From: a virus
Strand: one strand, 5' to 3'
Length of the DNA stretch: 64,000 bases
IMG/VR virus record: IMGVR_UViG_3300045256_000653
Span: 14,356-78,355 of that record
The notes under the pieces: generated by a model
What the model was told of the DNA's origin: nothing
The model's input: the letters and a program-made list of their open reading frames with translations, nothing else
Databases searched by the model: none
Shown: in pieces, positions 57,786 to 64,000 of the stretch
Layout: every line of letters starts with the position of its first letter
How positions within the stretch are numbered: the first letter of the stretch is position 1
Position numbers and translations under genes: made by a program

Positions 57786-58379
57786 ATGACGAAGCTCAAA
57801 GACATCGACATCTACAAGATCGGCAACACGATCCAGATGGTCGGCGCCGTGTACGCAGGCGAGGGGCGCACCCTCGTGTGCTTCTTCCCCGAGGACCGCC
57901 CGAGCGACGGCGCGCTTCCCTCCGATGTCGAGACGCTCGACATGGATCAGGACGACTGGGCGCGGTTTCTTCGCCAGACCGATCTCATGGAGGTCGAGAT
58001 TCTCGCCAAGGCATCGGACGGAACGCTCGCGAAAGCGATCATCCGAAAGAGCGCACGGCAGATCGAGCAGGGGGTCTCCTGGAACGTTTTCCGGCGTGAT
58101 GGATACCGCTGTCGGTACTGCGGCAACGACAAGGTGCCGCTCACGGTCGATCATCTCGTTCGCTGGGAGGACCACGGTCCGAGCATCGAGGAGAACCTCG
58201 TCGCCGCTTGCCGCAAGTGCAACAAGGTTCGTGGCGACACGGACTACGCCGACTGGCTCAAACACCCCCACTACTTGAGGGTGTCGGCCGGTATCGACGA
58301 AGCAACGAAGCGAGCCAATGAAGCCCTTGTTGGAACGCTCGATAGGATTCCGCGCGTCAAGAATCTCAAGTCGCGCTGA
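57786..58379 (+). CDS. HNH endonuclease domain protein
   Basis: VFRRDGYRCRYCG..LTVDH..NLVAACRKCN. Confidence 0.85.
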   Translation: MTKLKDIDIYKIGNTIQMVGAVYAGEGRTLVCFFPEDRPSDGALPSDVETLDMDQDDWARFLRQTDLMEVEILAKASDGTLAKAIIRKSARQIEQGVSWNVFRRDGYRCRYCGNDKVPLTVDHLVRWEDHGPSIEENLVAACRKCNKVRGDTDYADWLKHPHYLRVSAGIDEATKRANEALVGTLDRIPRVKNLKSR

Positions 58380-58513
58380 TAGTCTTCGCGGTGTAAGCCG
58401 TGGAGTGGTGGAGGCTAGTGGCAACCGCCGCGCGCCCCCGAGGAGCTGAGATGGAACCGCCGTCTCGGCTCTTCGTTTTTAAGCCCGCGTAGAGTAGATG
58501 GGATGTCGCGCAT

Positions 58514-59059
58514 ATGTCACAATACTCTATGCCTGCTCGTAGGACGTGGAGTGACGATCATCTTCGGAGAGCTGTTGCAGAAAGCCGCTCGGTTTCCGAA
58601 GTGATCGCGAAGTTAGGTCTAACGGTTGCGGGTGGAACGTTTGTGCACGTGCAAAGACACGTGGAACGTCTGGGTCTATCGGTCGATCACTTCATGGGGC
58701 AAGGGTGGGCGAAGGGTCAGCAAGGAAGAGCCCAGGAGACCAAATTGCCGTGGAAGGCTATTCTCGTATTCAATCGGAAAGGTCGTAAGGAAGCCCCTAC
58801 GGTCCTTCGGCGAGCCTTGATCGAGTCTGGCGTCGAAGAGGTGTGCGAGCAGTGTGGGCAAGGCTCAACATGGAATGGCAAACCCTTACGACTTCCAGTC
58901 GATCACCGGAACGGAAATGCATTGGATAACCGACCGGAGAACGTCAGGTTTTTATGTCCTAACTGCCATTCTCAGACACCTACGTATTGTGCAAAGAACA
59001 TCGGTTGGAAAGAACGGCATTCAGTGGGTATGGCGGAACGGTATACGCGGCCGATTTAA
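58514..59059 (+). CDS. HNH homing-type endonuclease
   Basis: CEQCG..LPVDHRNG..DNRPENVRFLCPNCHSQT; ends inside tRNA-Leu. Confidence 0.88.
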   Translation: MSQYSMPARRTWSDDHLRRAVAESRSVSEVIAKLGLTVAGGTFVHVQRHVERLGLSVDHFMGQGWAKGQQGRAQETKLPWKAILVFNRKGRKEAPTVLRRALIESGVEEVCEQCGQGSTWNGKPLRLPVDHRNGNALDNRPENVRFLCPNCHSQTPTYCAKNIGWKERHSVGMAERYTRPI

Positions 59060-59099
59060 GCCCGGCATCAATGGGGGTTCGAGTCCCTCTACCCACACC
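59024..59099 (+). tRNA. tRNA-Leu(TAA), short variable region
   Basis: Cloverleaf. Confidence 0.88.
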
Positions 59100-59192
59100 G
59101 AGGGAGAAACCGCGTCGAATCCCTCCGTGGGCACGAGAAAAAACTTGTCAGTCGTGGGTGTAGATCCCCGACTGTGCGTGACGTTACTTTAT

Positions 59193-59292
59193 CCCAGGGT
59201 GGTGGAACAGGAAGACACACGCCCGATTCGTTTGCTCCCGCATTCGATCGTGCGCTCCGGGAGGAATGTGAGTTCGATTCTCACCCCTGGGA
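59193..59292 (+). pseudogene. Leu-type tRNA-like element lacking a recognisable anticodon arm
   Basis: cccaggg/ccctggg acceptor, Leu-type D arm and T arm intact. Confidence 0.55.
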
Positions 59293-59304
59293 CGAATTTT
59301 GATT

Positions 59305-59379
59305 GCCAACGTAGCCCAATCGGCAGGAGGCGGCTGCTTCAAACCCAGCACAGTGGTGGTTCGAATCCACTCGTTGGCA
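59305..59379 (+). tRNA. tRNA-Leu(CAA), short variable region
   Basis: gctgc-ttCAAac-ccagc. Confidence 0.85.
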
Positions 59380-59465
59380 CTAACGCTGCAATTGTTGCAG
59401 CGGTTTGCAACTAAACCCAACATTAGGAGACGCCAATGAAGCGGAAACGCAGGCGGAGATAGGCA

Positions 59466-59999
59466 ATGGAATCCCACACTCTCATCTTGACCCCGTGGAT
59501 GTCACCGCACAGGATCGTGCCCTGGCAGCACGCGGCCTTCTTGTTCGTGCAGAACAAGATCGACGTGCTGGAGTCGTACGACGAGGTGATTCGGTCCCCG
59601 TCGATCGAGTTCTTGCTTCCGTCCGTGGCGCGTCTCAAGCGCCCGGTTGCCGCCTTCAAGAAGGGCGTGAAGTTCTCGCGCATCAACGTCATGACGCGCG
59701 ACCATTTCACATGCCAGTATTGCGGTCGGCAGCTCGCGATGAAGGAGCTGAACTACGATCACGTGGTGCCGCGAATTCAAGGTGGAAAGACCGTGTGGGA
59801 GAACATCGTGACGTCCTGCTACCCCTGCAACGACAGGAAGGCGGGGCGCACGCCGGAGCAAGCCGGAATGAGGCTCCTCAAGCAGCCATACCGGCCGAAA
59901 ACGCTCCCCATGACCTCTCCGCTCTGGCCGCTCAACCGCGTGCCCGAGGCCTGGATCCCCTACCTGGATCCGACCGCAGCGCTCATCGCTACGGGTTGA
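59466..59999 (+). CDS. HNH endonuclease (McrA-like family)
   Basis: FSRINVMTRD.FTCQYCG..YDHVVPR..WENIVTSC..CN..K. Confidence 0.9.
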   Translation: MESHTLILTPWMSPHRIVPWQHAAFLFVQNKIDVLESYDEVIRSPSIEFLLPSVARLKRPVAAFKKGVKFSRINVMTRDHFTCQYCGRQLAMKELNYDHVVPRIQGGKTVWENIVTSCYPCNDRKAGRTPEQAGMRLLKQPYRPKTLPMTSPLWPLNRVPEAWIPYLDPTAALIATG

Positions 60000-60099
60000 A
60001 CCATCGAGGGGCTCGGTGTAAACCATCGAGCCCCTCGAATTCTCGCGCATGAAACATTTCATGCACATGAAATAACCAACATCGAATCGGAGAACCGCC

Positions 60100-60480
60100 A
60101 TGAGCCTCACCAACGATCAGATCGTGGAAGCCCTCAACGACATGCCCATCATCAAGCTCGTCGAGCTGACCAAGACGCTCGAAGAGAAATGGGGCGTGAA
60201 GGCGGCACCTCAGGTCGTGCAGCAAGGACCGGGGCCGGCTCCGGTTCCGACCGTCATCGCCGAGCAGACGGAATTCAACGTCATTCTCGTCGCGGTCGGC
60301 GAGAAAAAGATCGATGCCATCAAGGCCGTTCGCACGGTCCTCGGCCTCGGTCTGGCGGAAGCCAAGACGTTCGTCGAATCCGGACTCCCCAAGGTCGTGA
60401 AGGAAGGCGTCACCAAAGAGGACGCAGCCTTCATCAAGGGCGAGTTCGAGAAGGCGGGCGCTCAGGTCGAAGTCAAATGA
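60100..60480 (+). CDS. rplL: 50S ribosomal protein L7/L12
   Basis: EL.K.LEEKWGV.AA; EQTEFNVIL..KIDAIKAVR...GLGLAEAK..VE; AGAQVEVK. Confidence 0.95.
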   Translation: MSLTNDQIVEALNDMPIIKLVELTKTLEEKWGVKAAPQVVQQGPGPAPVPTVIAEQTEFNVILVAVGEKKIDAIKAVRTVLGLGLAEAKTFVESGLPKVVKEGVTKEDAAFIKGEFEKAGAQVEVK

Positions 60481-60511
60481 TGTCGTGGCCCCGGACGTGA
60501 CGGGGCAACAA

Positions 60512-60586
60512 CGGGGCGTGGCTCAGCCTGGCTAGAGCGCTCGACTGGGGGTCGAGAGGTCGTGGGTTCAAATCCCACCGTCCCGA
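60512..60586 (+). tRNA. tRNA-Pro(GGG)
   Basis: Cloverleaf. Confidence 0.93.
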
Positions 60587-60596
60587 CAAAAGGAAC

Positions 60597-60920
60597 ATGC
60601 CGACCGCAATCAAAGCCTGCATTGCAACCGAGATCGTGCAGCACTTGCTGAAAGCGGAAAGCGAGATCCACATTGCCTCGCTTCTCGAAAAGTTGAAGAA
60701 GCTCTACCCGGCTGTCTCTTTCTCGTTCACGCCGGAGAATGGTCTTCATGTCATCCTTCCTCCGGGCGGACAAATTCCGCGTGCCATCTCGCACAGTGCG
60801 AACCGCATTGTTGAACGGGTCAAAGGGGACTCTCGGGTCATCGTGCACAAGTCGCGATGGCCGGAGCCCGAACCGCCTCTGATATCTTGGTGGTCTCGTT
60901 TGCGAGAGAAACAAACTTAG
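60597..60920 (+). CDS. Hypothetical protein
   Basis: AAGGA SD; 107 aa. Confidence 0.55.
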   Translation: MPTAIKACIATEIVQHLLKAESEIHIASLLEKLKKLYPAVSFSFTPENGLHVILPPGGQIPRAISHSANRIVERVKGDSRVIVHKSRWPEPEPPLISWWSRLREKQT

Positions 60921-60926
60921 AAAATT

Positions 60927-61010
60927 GGAAGAGTAACTGCCCGTGGGGGCAGGCTCGCTTGGAAGGCGAAGCGGCGGGTCACCGCTGGGGTTCGAGCCCT
61001 CACTCTTCCG
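60927..61010 (+). tRNA. tRNA-Ser(GGA)
   Basis: Type II cloverleaf, G73. Confidence 0.85.
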
Positions 61011-61021
61011 CGCAGCTTACT

Positions 61022-61104
61022 GGAAGGCGAAGTCTCAGTGGTGGGACACCGGCTTCGAACACCGGGGGACCGAAAGGTCAGCAGTTCGACTCTGCCGTCT
61101 TCCG
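61022..61104 (+). tRNA. tRNA-Ser(CGA)
   Basis: Type II cloverleaf, G73. Confidence 0.85.
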
Positions 61105-61110
61105 CAAATT

Positions 61111-61194
61111 GGAAACTGAACTCGTGGAGGTACGAGGCCCGATTGCTAATCGGTGCGAACCGCAAGGTTTGGTGTTCGACTCACCCGGTTTCCG
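61111..61194 (+). tRNA. tRNA-Ser(GCT)
   Basis: Type II cloverleaf, G73. Confidence 0.85.
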
Positions 61195-61320
61195 CAAATC
61201 AAGAAAAAGCCCCGACCCTCAACGAAGAGAGCCGGGGCTGTGTGTTGGCGTACCTGAAAAAACAGAGAGTGCCCTCAGGAGGGCGATTGAGTTTAAAGGT
61301 ACGCACTCGGGACACCGAGG

Positions 61321-63723
61321 TCAAATCTTGATCTCGATGTCCTTCATTTCGGCCTTGCACGCGATTTTCTGGCCGTCCACGTCGAGCGTCAACTCGTTCT
61401 CGTCGAGCGAGTTGAACTCGGAGAACCAGACCTGACCAACGACGAGGGTGAACGTGGTCTTGGCGGTGTCGAAGATGAGAGAACGGACGCGGGCTTTGGT
61501 CGCCGTCTGTTCGCCTTCGAGCCACGACTGGAGAACCTTCTCCTTCGCAGCGGCCTTCGTGTAGATGTCGGAAGCAAGAAACGCCTCGACCTTCTTGATG
61601 GTCTCGGCCATCAAGGCGCCGCCCGCGTTGAGCTTCTTTTTCGCGATCTGCTCCTTCGCCTCTTTCATGGACGGAAGCTTCGAAAGCCCCTTGAGGGAGA
61701 CCTTCAACTCCTTGCCCATGTAGAAGTCGGTCGATTCCGCCTGCTTGGTGCTCGGAGGCTGGTAGCCGTTGTAGTCGGTGATCCCTTGCTCTTTGAGCCA
61801 GGTGGCACCGGTCTCGCCGTACTTCTCGGCGAAGCTCGCGCTCTTCTTCTCGGGGAGAAGTTCCTTCGCGTAGCCGTTGAGCACCTTCTGCGCCGCCTGG
61901 GCCTTGTTCAGCTCCCATTGCGTCGTGAAGAAGTCCTTCGCGCTGACGCCCTTGATCATCTGCCGGTTGATGACGGGCAGCTTCTTGAGATCGAGGATGA
62001 CGTCTGCGGTGTCGGGGTTCGAGCCGATGTTGTCTCCGCCGGCGACAATCCCTTCGCTGAGAAGCTTTTGGAACGTCGCTGTCGAGATGCGCACCGGCAG
62101 CTTGTCGATGTTCACGAGCCCGTCCTTGATCACCGCGTAGTTGCGGTAAACGAACGTCTCGAACGTCTCCGGGATCTTCCCCTTGAACTCGGAAGTGACG
62201 CGTTTCGAGAGATCGACCTTGCCCGTCTTCTTCACGAGGAAGGAGATGTTCGGGCGGTCCTCGTTGAACGTGAGCTTGAGGATCGGGTAACCGTCCGGCG
62301 CCGCGTCCTGCACGAACTTGAGCGTCTCGCCCTTGCCCTCGGTGAAGGCGGCGATCTTCTGGTTCAGCTCCTTGATCTTGCCGACATCCTTCTCTTTGGA
62401 GAGGGCGTCGGTGAGCTTGCGAAGCTCCTCGATCTCCGTCTCGGAAAGCTGGGCGCTCGCATCGACGCGCCCACGGCCGATCTTCGAGTATTTGAACTCG
62501 GGATGGTCGAGGAGAACGCGCGCCTTGTCGTCCTGCTGGAGGAGGTCGAGAACCTGGAGAACGGTGAAGGCGTCGTCGCGCGGCACTTTGTTCGGGTCCC
62601 AGCCCTTTTCGAAGCGCTTCGTGCCGAAGGCGGCGGTCTTCGCTTCGTCCATGAACGCGCTGTACTTCTGCTTGCCGAAGCACGTGGCGAACTGCTCGAT
62701 GAGACGAACGTCACCGACGCTCTTGAGGAGCGGGTAGACGACATCCGACTTCATGCGGATCGCGAAGAGACTGACGGCAGCGTAACCGGCGCCGAGCACT
62801 TGCTCGACGGCCGCGCGCTGGTACTGCTCGCCGCTCGACACGTACTTGCTGATGTCTTGAAGCGTGGTGGGCGGGGTGTCCTTCGTGAAGCCGAAGGTGT
62901 CCGTCGTTCCGATGCTCGTCGGAGACATGTAGAACACCTCGCGAAGATCCTCGGGGACGGCGATCTTGCCGCTCGACGCAGCGAAGGTCACGAGATCCCC
63001 ATCGACCATCGCGTAGGCGAAACCGCCGATCGGGTCACCTTTGATGGTCACCTCGACGCGCTTGGCGCCGGACGCCTTCTTCGTCATTGCAGCCTCGAAC
63101 GCCGGTTGGTAGCCGTCGAAGTCCTCGGCGAAGATCAGGGTACCGCCGGCCTTCTCGGCCATCGCCGTGAGAAGGGGACGGTCCGCGTAGTAGCCGTACT
63201 CGACGAACGTCGAGCAGGAGACTTTCGGCCCGAGCTTCTCGACGACCTTGAGGATGTCGGCACGCGGCCACTGGTTGTCGCATCCGTCCGACATGAACGT
63301 GAGCGAGACGGCGCGCCCGTTCGTGCCGAGCTTGTCGGCGAGCGAGAGGGCCTTTTCCAAGGGCTCCTTGAAACCCGTGAGGCCCACCGGCTTGAGCCAG
63401 CGATCCACGGCCTTCTCGACTTCCTGGAGATCCTTGAGGGTGGCGACGGGCTCCTTTTCGAGGAGAATCCCGCACTCGCCGCGTCCCGAGAACCAGATGG
63501 CGGAGAAGGTGTCGTTCTCCTTGAGCATCTTGGGGAGCTTCTTCTTCACCTGCTCCCGGATCTTCGGCAGGTCGTAGCTCATCGAGCCCGAGCAGTCGTA
63601 GATCATGATGTGGTCGGTCGGCACTTCGACCGGCTTGGCGGGCTCCTTCTTGTCGGAGCCAATTTGGTGGCGCACAAGGTACAGCGAATCCGCGACCTTG
63701 TACGAATACGTGTTCTGAGACAT
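61321..63723 (-). CDS. Large vWA-domain protein (800 aa)
   Basis: YDCSGSMS MIDAS, FMSDG; AGGAGG SD; CGGTGTA upstream. Confidence 0.85.
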   Translation of the reverse strand: MSQNTYSYKVADSLYLVRHQIGSDKKEPAKPVEVPTDHIMIYDCSGSMSYDLPKIREQVKKKLPKMLKENDTFSAIWFSGRGECGILLEKEPVATLKDLQEVEKAVDRWLKPVGLTGFKEPLEKALSLADKLGTNGRAVSLTFMSDGCDNQWPRADILKVVEKLGPKVSCSTFVEYGYYADRPLLTAMAEKAGGTLIFAEDFDGYQPAFEAAMTKKASGAKRVEVTIKGDPIGGFAYAMVDGDLVTFAASSGKIAVPEDLREVFYMSPTSIGTTDTFGFTKDTPPTTLQDISKYVSSGEQYQRAAVEQVLGAGYAAVSLFAIRMKSDVVYPLLKSVGDVRLIEQFATCFGKQKYSAFMDEAKTAAFGTKRFEKGWDPNKVPRDDAFTVLQVLDLLQQDDKARVLLDHPEFKYSKIGRGRVDASAQLSETEIEELRKLTDALSKEKDVGKIKELNQKIAAFTEGKGETLKFVQDAAPDGYPILKLTFNEDRPNISFLVKKTGKVDLSKRVTSEFKGKIPETFETFVYRNYAVIKDGLVNIDKLPVRISTATFQKLLSEGIVAGGDNIGSNPDTADVILDLKKLPVINRQMIKGVSAKDFFTTQWELNKAQAAQKVLNGYAKELLPEKKSASFAEKYGETGATWLKEQGITDYNGYQPPSTKQAESTDFYMGKELKVSLKGLSKLPSMKEAKEQIAKKKLNAGGALMAETIKKVEAFLASDIYTKAAAKEKVLQSWLEGEQTATKARVRSLIFDTAKTTFTLVVGQVWFSEFNSLDENELTLDVDGQKIACKAEMKDIEIKI

Positions 63724-63982
63724 ACGGGCCTCCTAGATTGGCCCGCGCTTACACCGGCGAATTTTGGTGTCGATTTTTCCTGCGATCGATAATCTTGTGG
63801 TGTAAGCTCTACATCAAACGGAGGACCGCGCCTTTCCGGTTTGGGCCCTCTGTAAACTGGCTCCCGCGCCTTCGGGTTTGGGGAACCAGCGGACGCTCGC
63901 TAAGGCTGCTCGTGATTTGGGGCTTGTCCAGCCCGCATCTCGGGTGTGACCGATCCGACCGTTTTTACGGAGGAGAGACCCC

Positions 63983-64000
63983 ATGAAAGTTGACGCTAAG
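63983..64000 (+). CDS. Start of CDS (MKVDAK..., partial)
   Basis: GGAGG SD then ATG at window edge. Confidence 0.4.

Noticed and set aside
59305-59379. Possible UCA (Sec/opal suppressor) tRNA
   Set aside because: Loop register ttCAAac gives CAA; Leu-type D arm and position in the Leu block

Overview
GC-rich segment of a large (jumbo-type) tailed phage genome; a Myxococcota/deltaproteobacterial-like host is an inference, not shown. 1-19.4 kb: minus-strand array of paralogous, mosaic tail-fibre/adhesin-like genes. 19.4-35.5 kb: accessory genes (proteases, peptide deformylase, dCTP deaminase, response regulator, two divergent sigma-like proteins, DNA methyltransferase, GIY-YIG nuclease). 35.9-61.2 kb: plus-strand array of about 55 tRNA genes covering all 20 amino acids, with tmRNA, ribosomal protein L7/L12 and several HNH and PD-(D/E)XK endonucleases. 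Most notable: inside the tRNA array is an operon of Ro60/TROVE-vWA, putative E2-like protein, JAB protease, ubiquitin-like protein and ThiF/E1 (41780-45882). It is flanked by six tRNA-derived ncRNAs sharing a covarying extra RNA module (CAA..stem..CUCGG-helix-CCAGC..stem..ACAAGC). Four carry the module in the tRNA variable loop and two are circularly permuted (Y-RNA-like). Two recurring candidate promoter motifs (CGGTGTA; pyrimidine-rich YTYYTRTS) and a shared N-terminal protein motif (RVAxR[FY]) are also visible. All calls were made by eye from the sequence and ORF track; no searches were run.
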